NCBI RefSeq assembly: GCF_000008465.1
Contig: NC_006512.1
Coordinates: 240,001-272,000, forward strand
DNA: 32,000 nucleotides
DNA from: Idiomarina loihiensis L2TR
Lineage (GTDB): Bacteria; Pseudomonadota; Gammaproteobacteria; Enterobacterales; Alteromonadaceae
Direction: 5' to 3'
The position numbers were made by a program, and so were the translations under genes. Below, piece by piece: positions 1 through 8,816 of the stretch. The notes beneath the pieces were generated by a model. That model saw only the letters and a program-made list of their open reading frames with translations, had not been told where the DNA came from and searched no databases. The first letter of the stretch is position 1; every line of letters starts with the position of its first letter.

Positions 1-107
1 AACAAACCGAGCCAAAACGCGTTGTGACGCTAGCTTGTGATACGGGTAACCGTTACTTGTCCAAGCTGTTCAACGACGACTGGATGCGTGAGCAAAACCT
101 GCTGTAA
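1..107 (+). CDS. 3' end of a fold-type II PLP enzyme, cysteine synthase / cystathionine beta-synthase family (5' part outside window)
   Basis: Frame 3 is open from the window edge to TAA at 105-107. The tail QTEPKRVVTLACDTGNRYLSKLFNDDWMREQNLL carries the C-terminal G-x-RYLS motif typical of CysK/CysM/CBS. It lies 28 nt upstream of a cystathionine gamma-lyase-family gene. Confidence 0.55.
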   Translation, partial: QTEPKRVVTLACDTGNRYLSKLFNDDWMREQNLL

Positions 108-135
108 TACTTGTTGTAAATTAAGGAACCGAATC

Positions 136-1308
136 ATGGCAAATGAAAAAACGATGAAATTCGCGACGCGCGCCATTCACGGCGGGCAGTCTCCGGAGCC
201 TGTTACCGGTGCGGTAATGCCTCCTATTTTTACCAGCTCTACCTATGCTCAGGAAAGCCCGGGCCAACACAAAGGTTTTGAGTATTCACGCTCACACAAC
301 CCCACGCGTTTTGCCTGGGAACGTTCGGTTGCATCGCTGGAAGGTGGCAAGCAAGGGCTGGCTTTTGCGTCTGGCATGGCAGCAACCTCGACCATTCTTG
401 AACTGCTGGACAGCGGCGATCACATCGTTGCTATGGACGATTTATACGGCGGTAGCTTCCGCTTATTCGATAAAGTGCGCGGACGCTCTGCTGGCCTGAA
501 ATTCTCTTATGTCGACTTAGCTGACTTAAGCGCAGTGGAAGCCAGCATTCAGGACAACACCCGCATGATTTGGGTCGAGACGCCAAGCAACCCGATGCTG
601 AAACTGGTCGACATTGAAGCCATCGTTAAACTGGCGAAGAAAAAGAACCCGGACATTATTGTGGTGGTGGACAACACCTTCGCTACGCCGTTTAACCAGC
701 GTCCGCTGGAGATGGGCGCAGACATGGTTATGCATTCGGCAACCAAATACCTCAATGGTCACTCTGATATGGTCGGCGGTATTGCTGTTGTGGGCGACAA
801 TGACGACCTGGTTGAGCGTATGCTGTTCTTACAGAACTCAGCAGGTGCTATTGCCGGTCCGTTTGACTCATACCTGGCACTGCGCGGCGTGAAGACGTTG
901 GCATTGCGTATGCGTCATCACAACGAAGCGGCAATGGAATTAGCTAAGTGGCTTGAGCAACACCCGAAAGTGGAAAAAGTCATTTACCCGGGACTTGAAA
1001 GCCATCCTCAGCACGAGTTGGCTAAAAAGCAGATGCAGGGCTTTGGCGGCATGATTTCTATTTTACTGAAAGGTGATTTAGAAGCGGCGCGCAAATTCCT
1101 GGAGTCGGTAGAAGTGTTTGCTCTGGCGGAAAGCCTGGGCGGCGTTGAATCGCTGATTGAGCACCCGGCTATTATGACTCACGCATCGGTTCCAAAAGAG
1201 AATCGTGAGAAGTTAGGCATTCTGGATAACTTCGTGCGGGTGTCTGTTGGTATTGAAGATCTGGATGATCTTAAAGCCGACTTAGACAACGCGCTTAATG
1301 CATTTTAA
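136..1308 (+). CDS. Cys/Met-metabolism PLP-dependent enzyme, cystathionine gamma-lyase / gamma-synthase family
   Basis: ATG at 136 is preceded by AAGGAA (123-128); the tracked ORF from 37 overlaps the upstream gene tail and is not credible. N-terminus MKFATRAIHGGQ and the PLP-lysine motif SATKYLNGHSD are family hallmarks. Confidence 0.9.
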   Translation: MANEKTMKFATRAIHGGQSPEPVTGAVMPPIFTSSTYAQESPGQHKGFEYSRSHNPTRFAWERSVASLEGGKQGLAFASGMAATSTILELLDSGDHIVAMDDLYGGSFRLFDKVRGRSAGLKFSYVDLADLSAVEASIQDNTRMIWVETPSNPMLKLVDIEAIVKLAKKKNPDIIVVVDNTFATPFNQRPLEMGADMVMHSATKYLNGHSDMVGGIAVVGDNDDLVERMLFLQNSAGAIAGPFDSYLALRGVKTLALRMRHHNEAAMELAKWLEQHPKVEKVIYPGLESHPQHELAKKQMQGFGGMISILLKGDLEAARKFLESVEVFALAESLGGVESLIEHPAIMTHASVPKENREKLGILDNFVRVSVGIEDLDDLKADLDNALNAF

Positions 1309-1346
1309 TCGCTATTAACGATTAAAAATTCAATATTTAATATGTA

Positions 1347-1371
1347 AAACCGGCCTTTGGGTCGGTTTTTT
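1347..1371 (+). terminator. Rho-independent terminator after the gamma-lyase gene
   Basis: AAACCGGCC-TTTG-GGTCGGTTT forms a 9-bp stem (one G-U) running into a 6-T tract, 39 nt after the stop. Confidence 0.7.
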
Positions 1372-1522
1372 ACTTTTAATTTCATAGACTTATACAAAGT
1401 TTTACAGTTTAGTCATAATTGAGTAGTCTTTATCTATCAGTAATTACTTGCGAGTAAAAGCTGATTTAGAACAAAAAACAGAAACGCAAAGACGTTTTTT
1501 AAATAACGAAAAGGAAAGACTT

Positions 1523-1753
1523 ATGCTATTGAGCCTCATGGTACTCCAAGGACTCGTAGCCGCTCTATTGTTTTATACTTTAGTGGGCCAGCATCAGAAA
1601 AAACCACTATGGAATTTGTTAGCGGTATTAACCGCCGGTTTCATTCCACCGGTAAACTGGGCGCTTCTTGTGTTCGCTATTGGTGTCAGAATGTGGCGTC
1701 GTTCGCCGCAAACCAGTACACCACAAAACATAACGGCAAAGCTCAGCCATTAA
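1523..1753 (+). CDS. small hypothetical membrane protein (about 76 aa, two predicted TM helices)
   Basis: ATG at 1523 is preceded by AAGGAAAG (1511-1518); the tracked TTG start at 1448 lacks an RBS. Hydrophobic stretches LLSLMVLQGLVAALLFYTLV and LLAVLTAGFIPPVNWALLVFAIGV. No family recognised. Confidence 0.4.
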   Translation: MLLSLMVLQGLVAALLFYTLVGQHQKKPLWNLLAVLTAGFIPPVNWALLVFAIGVRMWRRSPQTSTPQNITAKLSH

Positions 1754-1782
1754 GTGGCTAAAGAGCAAGGCAATTTAGCAGT

Positions 1783-2214
1783 ATGTCAGACACAACTAAT
1801 GTACGACCCTTTCATTTAGCCATTCCTGTCAGCTCACTCGATAATGCCCGTGCGTTTTATGGCGATGTGCTTGGGCTGTCACAGGGACGCAGCAGTGACG
1901 AATGGATAGACTGGAACTTCTTTGGTCACCAGTTTGTGACTCATGTAGCACCCAATGTTGCCGGTTTAAAAAATCACAGCGGCGTTGATGGTCATTCGGT
2001 TCCTGTTCCACATTTTGGCGTTGTCTTATTACGTGACGACTGGGAAGCGTTGGCAGAACGTGTGAAAGCTGCGGATATTGAGTTTGTCATAGAACCCTAC
2101 ATTCGCTTTAAAGGTAAGCCAGGCGAGCAGGGCACCATGTTTTTCTACGATTACTGCGGTAATGCGCTAGAATTCAAGACCTTCAACGACGACAGTCAAA
2201 TCTTCGCAACCTAA
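1783..2214 (+). CDS. VOC (glyoxalase / bleomycin-resistance / extradiol dioxygenase) family protein
   Basis: 143 aa. The N-terminal [23 protein letters not shown] is the typical first beta-alpha-beta-beta-beta module of VOC proteins, and the C-terminal [12 protein letters not shown] matches the family. Confidence 0.75.
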   Translation: MSDTTNVRPFHLAIPVSSLDNARAFYGDVLGLSQGRSSDEWIDWNFFGHQFVTHVAPNVAGLKNHSGVDGHSVPVPHFGVVLLRDDWEALAERVKAADIEFVIEPYIRFKGKPGEQGTMFFYDYCGNALEFKTFNDDSQIFAT

Positions 2215-2232
2215 GTTTTGATATAGGCTCGA

Positions 2233-3192
2233 CTACTGGCGCAGCTTTATATCTTCCGGCTGCGCTGCAACATTACCACCGCTCAGCACCAACCCCACTC
2301 GTTTACCTTCAAATAGCGACTTATTTTGTATAACCGCAGCTAAAGCGATAGCAGACGACGGTTCCACAATAATTTTCAGATGATGCCAAATCAGCTTCAT
2401 GGCGCTTAGGGTGTCTTCATCCTTCAAGACTAAGATACCGCAGATACGTTGCTGAATAATGGCAAACGGCAATTCACCGATTTGAGTCAGTAAGCCATCG
2501 CACAGGCTTTTCGCGGGTAACGCCGGTTGCCGCTCTCCGGCTTTTAATGACAAGAAAGCATCATTCGCTAATTCCGGCTCCGCACCGAACACTTGTATTT
2601 CGGTACCGTCGCAGGCAAGACAAGCTCCTGAAAGCAAGCCCCCACCACCCAGTGGCGTGATTACAGCATCCAGTGCGTCAGTTTGCTCCAGTAACTCAAG
2701 TGTTGCTGTGCCCTGACCGGCAATAATGTCGGCATGATCATAAGGCGGTATAAAGTGACTTTTACCTTCCTTTTGCCACTTGGCCACAATGGCTTCACGC
2801 GCTGCCATACCGGGTTCTATGTCGGTAGTTTCCGCACCACCGGCTTCAATATTTTGCCGTTTTATTGCGGGAGCATTAATGGGTACACCCACTTTTACTT
2901 TTACACCCAAAGCTTTACCTGCATGGGCTAATGCCGCACCATGATTGCCGGAAGACACGGTGATAACCCCTTGCTGGCGCTGCTCCGGGCTAAGCTTAAG
3001 TAGCGCGTTAGTGGCACCACGGAACTTAAAGGCCCCGGTACGTTGCAAATTCTCGCATTTGAAAAATAATTCGCAGCCCAATTGCTGATTTAACGCAGGG
3101 TTTGTCAGCACAGGGGTCTTGACGGTATAGCTATTAATTCTTTGCTGCGCTTGTACGACATCGGCATGGCAGGGGAGCGATAACTTCGGCAT
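2233..3192 (-). CDS. PLP-dependent threonine/serine dehydratase family protein (serine racemase / hydroxyaspartate ammonia-lyase-like)
   Basis: Motifs ENLQRTGAFKFRGA (PLP lysine), SSGNHG and GGGGLLSG. Start moved to the ATG at 3192 (MPKLSLP), which is preceded by AAGGG. Confidence 0.85.
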   Translation of the reverse strand: MPKLSLPCHADVVQAQQRINSYTVKTPVLTNPALNQQLGCELFFKCENLQRTGAFKFRGATNALLKLSPEQRQQGVITVSSGNHGAALAHAGKALGVKVKVGVPINAPAIKRQNIEAGGAETTDIEPGMAAREAIVAKWQKEGKSHFIPPYDHADIIAGQGTATLELLEQTDALDAVITPLGGGGLLSGACLACDGTEIQVFGAEPELANDAFLSLKAGERQPALPAKSLCDGLLTQIGELPFAIIQQRICGILVLKDEDTLSAMKLIWHHLKIIVEPSSAIALAAVIQNKSLFEGKRVGLVLSGGNVAAQPEDIKLRQ

Positions 3193-3254
3193 AATACGAG
3201 CCCTTAACGAATAAAACGACACAGTGATAAGCATACACTGTCTGGAGCCGGAAC

Positions 3255-3863
3255 GTGAGTCAACTCGATACCTTTCAGCGCATACGCGAACTGCCGCGTG
3301 AACAGCAAATTGTTATAGCGTTATATTTGTGCGAACGCATGGTTCCTAATTACGACTTCTTCCATCAGTTAACCGGCTTTGGCGACAGTAAACCTTTGCA
3401 CGGCACGCTAAATGCCTGCTGGGACTGGGTCGCGAACCCGAAGAAAACGAAGATTAACTTTGCCCGCTGGCAGGAAAAAGTCGACGAGCAAACGCCCAGT
3501 GAATACGGGCACGATATGCTGGGTGTCTACCCGGCAATGGATGCCTGCACGGCGTTGAGTACGTTGTTGCAGGGGCTGCTGGACGATAACGGATCTAACT
3601 TTCTGGATGTGGCAAAAATATCACAAGCCAGTGTGGCGAAATTTATTGAATTAAATGACGCCGAAGAAGTGGGTACCGAGCAGTTAAAAGAACACGTTCA
3701 GAACCATGAATTAATGGAATACGAAGTTGCGATTCAGCAGGCTATGATCAACTTTCTTGAACAACAGCCTGCGGTAAACAGAGCTTTGGTAAGCCAGTTA
3801 AAAATGATGCTTAACGACGAGGGGGTGTCGAACCTTGGTCTGGCTTTGGACGCTGAAGAATAG
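3255..3863 (+). CDS. yjaG: DUF416 family protein YjaG
   Basis: GTG start is preceded by GGAG. The CERM-x-PNY motif (LYLCERMVPNYDFF) and C-terminal GVSNLG resemble E. coli YjaG. Confidence 0.75.
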   Translation: MSQLDTFQRIRELPREQQIVIALYLCERMVPNYDFFHQLTGFGDSKPLHGTLNACWDWVANPKKTKINFARWQEKVDEQTPSEYGHDMLGVYPAMDACTALSTLLQGLLDDNGSNFLDVAKISQASVAKFIELNDAEEVGTEQLKEHVQNHELMEYEVAIQQAMINFLEQQPAVNRALVSQLKMMLNDEGVSNLGLALDAEE

Positions 3864-4113
3864 ACAGCCAGGCGAAAATGCCAAAGGCCAGAATTTGCCA
3901 GCTGTCGCCTTTGCGCCAGGGAAAGGCTTCTTTCATAGTGGCAACAAAAATACCAAGCAGCAGCAAGTGAGTAATAACCATAATGGCTAATAATAAGCTC
4001 AGCAAACCAATGGACTGAGTGCTGAGCTCGCCGTTAGCTCCTGCAAGCAGAGCAAAAAGACCCAGCCAGATAACGGCAAAAACCACTTTGCCCGCAATAA
4101 TAATAACTTTCAT
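3811..4113 (-). CDS. yhhL: DUF1145 inner-membrane protein YhhL
   Basis: About 100 aa and hydrophobic. The start ATG overlaps the rsmD stop as ATGA (4110-4113). Same rsmD-yhhL order as in E. coli. Confidence 0.7.
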   Translation of the reverse strand: MKVIIIAGKVVFAVIWLGLFALLAGANGELSTQSIGLLSLLLAIMVITHLLLLGIFVATMKEAFPWRKGDSWQILAFGIFAWLSILQRPKPDQGSTPPRR

Positions 4114-4691
4114 GCTATGTCCTTCGTCAGTAAGCGAAAGCAAACTTGTCCGTGAGTTTTCTCTTTGAACACACGCCAGTTTGCCGGTAATTTCAAAGGC
4201 CACTCTTTTTCTGTTTCCAGATACACCTGATTGTCGGCTGCCAGCCAGTTGCTTTCATCCAGTAGTTTTAATGTTTTATCAGCCAGACCTTCGCGAAACG
4301 GCGGGTCAATAAAAACCATGTCGTAGGCTTCAGCGGATTCAGTTTGCAGCCAGTCGAGTGCGTTATGAGTAATAACATCAATGTTTTCGCTGCTTAACAA
4401 GGTGACATTATTCTGTAACTGCAGGCTTACCGTTTTTACGGCCTCTATCAGGGTCACTTGAGCCGCTCCACGCGACGCAGCCTCGAAACCTAAGCTGCCA
4501 CTGCCGGCAAATAAGTCCAGCACCCGGGCGTCAGTAATGTCCCACTGCAGCCAGTTAAACAGAGTTTCGCGTACGCGGTCCGTGGTGGGACGTAAACCCG
4601 GGCTGTCGGCAACGGGAAGGCGACGACCGCGCCATTTTCCGCCAATAATCCGATAGTCGCCGCTGGCGCTTGTCTGGCGTTTTTGTCTCAC
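4110..4691 (-). CDS. rsmD: 16S rRNA (guanine966-N2)-methyltransferase RsmD
   Basis: GTG start is preceded by AAGGAAG. Motifs RPTTDRVRETLFNWL, LDLFAGSGSLGFEA and DPPF. Divergent from ftsY as in E. coli. Confidence 0.9.
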   Translation of the reverse strand: MRQKRQTSASGDYRIIGGKWRGRRLPVADSPGLRPTTDRVRETLFNWLQWDITDARVLDLFAGSGSLGFEAASRGAAQVTLIEAVKTVSLQLQNNVTLLSSENIDVITHNALDWLQTESAEAYDMVFIDPPFREGLADKTLKLLDESNWLAADNQVYLETEKEWPLKLPANWRVFKEKTHGQVCFRLLTKDIA

Positions 4692-4794
4692 TCTGTGGCT
4701 TCCTTTATTCAGACCGTCGTCAGTTTGTTAACAGCATGGTAAACTAAAGCCTATAGTTTAACGATTCCTGCGTGTCAGTTCCAAGGAAACCAAT

Positions 4795-6144
4795 ATGTCG
4801 ATGTTTTCGCTGTTTAAGAAAAAGCGTAATAAGAAAGCACCCGAGGCCGAAGAGAAAAAAGAAGATGCAGTAGTAGAAGAACAGGAGCAGCAAGAGCCTG
4901 AACCAGAAGCTGAGCCTGAATCTAAGCCTCAGGACGAGCCGAAACCAGAAAGAACCGAGACACGCGAAGAATTGCCCAGTGCAGTTGACGACTGTGCGCA
5001 AGTTACTGCTGAATCGCATGCTGCAAAAACTGCTCCGGAAGCGAAAGAAGCAGCTCAACCAGAAGTGGTTAACGAGCCTGAGCCCACAGCTGAACCAGAG
5101 CCAGAATCAGAAACTAAATCCGAAGCTAAACCTGAACATAAGCCAGAACATAAACCAGAACCAACCGAAGTCGCACCGAAAGAGAAGGGTGAGAAGAAAG
5201 GTTTCTGGGCACGTCTGACCCAAGGTTTACGCAGAACTTCCGGTTCTATCGGTTCAGGTCTTATTGGCGTATTCCGTGGTAAGAAAATTGATGACGACCT
5301 GTTTGAAGAACTCGAAACTCAGCTATTAATGGCAGATTTGGGTGTCGCGACCACCACCAAAATTATTGATAATCTGACAAAACAAGCTGACCGCAAGCAG
5401 TTAAAAGACGCGGAAGCTTTGTATGAGCTGTTACAAGAGCAGTTAGCCGAGATTTTAAAACCAGTCGATAAGCGTCTGGAGATACCGGAATCTGACTCGC
5501 CTTATGTGATTCTAATGACCGGCGTAAACGGTGTGGGCAAAACCACCACTATTGGCAAGCTGGCTAAGCAGTTTAAAGCTGAAGGTAAGTCGGTAATGCT
5601 GGCCGCCGGCGATACTTTCCGTGCGGCGGCGGTAGAACAGCTTCAGGTGTGGGGCGAGCGTAACGACATTCCGGTTATTGCTCAGCATACCGGAGCCGAC
5701 AGCGCTTCTGTTCTGTATGACGCGCTGCAGGCTGCTAAAGCTCGAGACGTTGATGTGCTTATTGCGGACACCGCCGGACGCCTGCAAAATAAAGCCAACT
5801 TAATGGAAGAACTGAAAAAGCTGGTTCGGGTAATGAAAAAGCTGGATCCGGAAGCACCGCACGAAGTGATGCTGACGCTTGACGCTGGTACCGGACAGAA
5901 TGCTATTAGTCAGGCAAAACTCTTTACCGAGGCTGTGGGCGTTTCGGGTATTGTGATGACTAAGCTTGACGGCACCGCAAAAGGCGGGGTGATTTTCGCG
6001 GTCGCAGACCAGTTCGCTATTCCTATTCGCTATATTGGTGTGGGCGAAAGCTTAGAAGATTTACGGCCTTTTGTGGCAAAGGACTTTATCGCGGCGCTAT
6101 TTGACCGTAACGTAGATGAATCAGAACAGACAACAGCGAGTTAA
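4795..6144 (+). CDS. ftsY: signal recognition particle receptor FtsY
   Basis: Acidic A domain followed by GFWARL, FRGKKIDDDLFEELE, GVNGVGKTTTIGKLA and DTAGR NG-domain motifs. Confidence 0.97.
   Translation: MSMFSLFKKKRNKKAPEAEEKKEDAVVEEQEQQEPEPEAEPESKPQDEPKPERTETREELPSAVDDCAQVTAESHAAKTAPEAKEAAQPEVVNEPEPTAEPEPESETKSEAKPEHKPEHKPEPTEVAPKEKGEKKGFWARLTQGLRRTSGSIGSGLIGVFRGKKIDDDLFEELETQLLMADLGVATTTKIIDNLTKQADRKQLKDAEALYELLQEQLAEILKPVDKRLEIPESDSPYVILMTGVNGVGKTTTIGKLAKQFKAEGKSVMLAAGDTFRAAAVEQLQVWGERNDIPVIAQHTGADSASVLYDALQAAKARDVDVLIADTAGRLQNKANLMEELKKLVRVMKKLDPEAPHEVMLTLDAGTGQNAISQAKLFTEAVGVSGIVMTKLDGTAKGGVIFAVADQFAIPIRYIGVGESLEDLRPFVAKDFIAALFDRNVDESEQTTAS
4843..5199 (+). repeat. low-complexity acidic E/P/K-rich A-domain coding region of ftsY, with a short tandem repeat
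   Basis: The translated region is rich in EPEP/EAEP/KPE. There is a near-perfect 12-nt tandem GAACATAAGCCA / GAACATAAACCA at 5134-5157 (EHKP-EHKP). Confidence 0.7.
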
Positions 6145-6146
6145 TC

Positions 6147-6824
6147 ATGATCCGCTTTGAGCAAGTCAGTAAAACCTATCGTGGAGGCCATCAGGCGCTT
6201 AGCCATGTCGACTTTCACGTAGAGCCCGGTGAAATGGCTTTTTTAACGGGTCATTCCGGCGCGGGTAAAAGTACCTTGCTCAAACTCATCAGTTTAATGG
6301 AAAGACCAACCGCAGGCCGGGTGCTGATTAACGGGCACGATTTGCGAAAAATTAAGCCATCGCAAGTGCCTTATGTGCGCCGTGACATTGGCATGATTTT
6401 TCAGGATCACCGCTTGCTGATGGATAAAACTGTATTTGATAACGTTGCGCTGCCGTTGATTATTGAAGGCTACAGTGTTCAGGAGGCGCGCAAGCGTGTC
6501 GTGGCTGCGCTGGAGAAAGTGGGTATAGCCGACAAAGTAAAACATTATCCGAAAATGTTATCCGGTGGTGAGCAGCAACGAGTGGGTATTGCCCGCGCTA
6601 TTGTGACCAAACCGCCTTTGCTACTGGCCGATGAGCCCACCGGTAACCTCGATCCTAAGCTGTCGATGGAAATTATCCGGCTGTTTGAGGAATTTAATAA
6701 AGTGGGTGTTGCTGTCCTCATTGCCACTCACGATTTAGGCCTTATTGCGCGCCTACGCTATCGCACGCTCACTTTAAAAGACGGACGTATGATTAACGAT
6801 GGTCTGGAGGACAGTGAACTATGA
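6147..6824 (+). CDS. ftsE: cell division ATP-binding protein FtsE
   Basis: Walker [13 protein letters not shown] signature LSGGEQQR and Walker [10 protein letters not shown]. Lies 2 nt after ftsY. Confidence 0.97.
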   Translation: MIRFEQVSKTYRGGHQALSHVDFHVEPGEMAFLTGHSGAGKSTLLKLISLMERPTAGRVLINGHDLRKIKPSQVPYVRRDIGMIFQDHRLLMDKTVFDNVALPLIIEGYSVQEARKRVVAALEKVGIADKVKHYPKMLSGGEQQRVGIARAIVTKPPLLLADEPTGNLDPKLSMEIIRLFEEFNKVGVAVLIATHDLGLIARLRYRTLTLKDGRMINDGLEDSEL

Positions 6825-7810
6825 GTTTATTGTTCCGCAACCGCAGCATTGAAAAAGGTGCCAGTAATCGCGGGCGCTTACCCTGGTGGCGCAGACTCGT
6901 TATGGTTCCTGTGCATCATGCCCAGCAGGCCATTGCGAGTTTAGGCGAGTTGTGGCGTAATCCTTTTGCTTCTCTTATGACCATGGCGGTACTGGGGCTG
7001 AGTCTGACGCTACCGTCGTCACTTTACGTGTTAGTCAAAAATACTACCAGTATTGCTGATAATTGGCAGGAAGCCTCTGAAGTTACCTTGTTTTTAAGGA
7101 AGGATCTGCAGCAATCTGAAGTCGATACATTAAAAACGCAAACGGAACTCTCCGAAGGTGTTGAGTCAGTGCGCCTTATTCCAAAAGAGCAGGGGTTGGA
7201 AGAGTTTAAGAAAGAGTCGGGCTTTGGTGAAACACTGGATTACCTGTCATCAAACCCGCTGCCGGACGTGTTGGTCGTTATTCCGGCTGAGTCGCATCGA
7301 TCGCCCCAGCGGGCCGAGGAATTGCTCAACCGGCTGGAAAAACAACGCGAAGTCGCTTACGCGAAAATGGACCTGGAATGGCTTAACCGACTACAGGGAA
7401 TTCTCAATTTAATTGAAGATATTCTTGGAGCGCTGGCTGTGGTGCTGTGTTTGTCGGTGGTGCTTATTGTAGGGAACACCATTCGGTTAAATATACTGTC
7501 CAAACGTGACGAAATTATGGTGATGAAACTGGTCGGCGCGACTAACGCTTTTATTCAGCGTCCTTTTTTATACACCGGTGTCTGGTACGGCATTATTGGC
7601 GGGCTGGTTGCCTGGTTGGCAACCGCGTTACTGATCTGGTGGGTCGAGAGCGCCGTAGTAGATTTAACTGAACTTTACGAAACGCCTTTCCAATTAAATG
7701 GTCTGACGTTAGGCGAGCTGTTGATTATATGGTTGGTCGCTGTGGGATTAGGTTTAGCAGGTTCTTACTTAGCTGTAAGACGTCATATACAAAGCATAGA
7801 ACCAGAATAA
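6821..7810 (+). CDS. ftsX: cell division permease-like protein FtsX
   Basis: ATGA overlap with ftsE. Four-TM FtsX architecture with a periplasmic loop and a C-terminal TM bundle. Confidence 0.95.
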   Translation: MSLLFRNRSIEKGASNRGRLPWWRRLVMVPVHHAQQAIASLGELWRNPFASLMTMAVLGLSLTLPSSLYVLVKNTTSIADNWQEASEVTLFLRKDLQQSEVDTLKTQTELSEGVESVRLIPKEQGLEEFKKESGFGETLDYLSSNPLPDVLVVIPAESHRSPQRAEELLNRLEKQREVAYAKMDLEWLNRLQGILNLIEDILGALAVVLCLSVVLIVGNTIRLNILSKRDEIMVMKLVGATNAFIQRPFLYTGVWYGIIGGLVAWLATALLIWWVESAVVDLTELYETPFQLNGLTLGELLIIWLVAVGLGLAGSYLAVRRHIQSIEPE

Positions 7811-7817
7811 AATGGGG

Positions 7818-7845
7818 TTGCGAAAGCCATAGGCTTAGTTATACT
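7818..7845 (+). promoter_or_regulatory. candidate sigma70 promoter upstream of rpoH
   Basis: TTGCGA (7818-7823), 16-nt spacer, TATACT (7840-7845). Confidence 0.4.
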
Positions 7846-7873
7846 GAATTACCTGATCTGCAATGATCATAAT

Positions 7874-7901
7874 GGAACTTTTAGACTCAAAAAGGGTCTT
7901 A
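7874..7901 (+). promoter_or_regulatory. candidate sigmaE (RpoE)-type promoter, analogous to E. coli rpoH P3
   Basis: GGAACTT (7874-7880), 16-nt spacer, TCTTA (7897-7901). E. coli rpoH P3, as I recall it, is GAACTT-N16-TCTGA. Confidence 0.5.
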
Positions 7902-7955
7902 AAAGCTGACTGAAAAAGCAGTAATTAAGTCGGTATTTTAAGTAGAGGTTGTTAA

Positions 7956-8816
7956 ATGAGCACTGAATTAAACACTATGGCATTATCGGTTCCCCAAGGG
8001 GCAGGACTCGACGGCTATATTCAGTCAGTCAACCGTATTCCTATGCTCACCGCCGAAAAAGAAAAGGCGTTGGCAACAAGATTATACGAGAACAGTGACC
8101 TTGATGCAGCGAAAGAACTCATCATGTCGCATCTCCGTTTTGTGGTACATGTAGCTCGTAGTTATTCGGGTTATGGTCTGCCGCAAGCCGATTTAATTCA
8201 GGAAGGCAATATTGGCCTAATGAAGGCCGTGAAACGCTTTGACCCATCGGTTGGTGTGCGTCTGGTATCTTTTGCTGTTCACTGGATAAAAGCAGAAATT
8301 CATGAGTACGTGCTGCGTAACTGGCGCGTTGTTAAAGTGGCAACCACTAAAGCACAGCGTAAGTTGTTCTTTAACCTGCGTAAAATGAAAAAGCGTTTAG
8401 GTTGGTTTAGCCAGAAAGAAGTTGAAACGGTAGCTAACGAGTTGGGTGTCAGTACTAAAGAAGTGCTGGAAATGGAAACTCGCATGAGCGCTCACGATCA
8501 AGCGTTTGAACTGAGTTCAGACGACGATGACTCGAAAGAGGGCAGTGCCTACTCTCCGGCGATGTACCTGGAAGACAAGCGCTCCGACTTAGCTGCAGAA
8601 ATTGAAGCGAAAGACTACGAAAACCACACACAGCAGAAACTGCTGGGTGCAATGAGTCACTTAGATGAGCGTAGTCAGGATATCGTCCAGTCTCGCTGGT
8701 TATCGGAAGACAAAACGACGCTGCATGACCTGGCAGAAAAATACGAAGTCTCGGCAGAGCGTGTTCGCCAGCTCGAACAAAACGCGATGAAAAAACTTCG
8801 TCTCGCAATGAGCTAA
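7956..8816 (+). CDS. rpoH: RNA polymerase heat-shock sigma factor RpoH (sigma-32)
   Basis: Region 2 motif [19 protein letters not shown] and RpoH box [15 protein letters not shown]. Position after ftsYEX as in E. coli and Pseudomonas. Confidence 0.97.
   Translation: MSTELNTMALSVPQGAGLDGYIQSVNRIPMLTAEKEKALATRLYENSDLDAAKELIMSHLRFVVHVARSYSGYGLPQADLIQEGNIGLMKAVKRFDPSVGVRLVSFAVHWIKAEIHEYVLRNWRVVKVATTKAQRKLFFNLRKMKKRLGWFSQKEVETVANELGVSTKEVLEMETRMSAHDQAFELSSDDDDSKEGSAYSPAMYLEDKRSDLAAEIEAKDYENHTQQKLLGAMSHLDERSQDIVQSRWLSEDKTTLHDLAEKYEVSAERVRQLEQNAMKKLRLAMS

Noticed and set aside
37-135. N-terminal extensions suggested by the ORF track. These are 37-135 for the gamma-lyase, 3193-3234 for the dehydratase, 4114-4203 for yhhL, 12471-12482 for gpmI, 16973-17089 for radC, 17863-17946 for rpmB, 22050-22064 for nfuA and 30331-30387 for DUF2909.
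   Set aside because: In each case an internal ATG with a proper Shine-Dalgarno sequence matches the conserved N-terminus of the family. The extension overlaps a neighbouring gene or a promoter.
3221-3241. Inverted repeat ACAGTG-N9-CACTGT in the dehydratase-yjaG divergent region, superficially SOS-box-like.
   Set aside because: The half-site order is reversed relative to the LexA consensus CTGT-N8-ACAG, and the spacing is wrong. A 6-bp inverted repeat is expected by chance fairly often. It may simply be a 5' leader hairpin.
4744-5058. 104-aa minus-strand ORF overlapping the ftsY 5' region.
   Set aside because: It is the antisense reading of the GAA/CCA-rich acidic repeat. Its product is F/L/R/S-rich nonsense, it has no RBS, and it spans the rsmD-ftsY promoter region.
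7956-8250. rpoH mRNA thermosensor structure, as known in E. coli (regions A and B of the coding sequence).
   Set aside because: It is plausible from established knowledge, but I cannot fold the RNA by eye with any reliability, so no coordinates are claimed.
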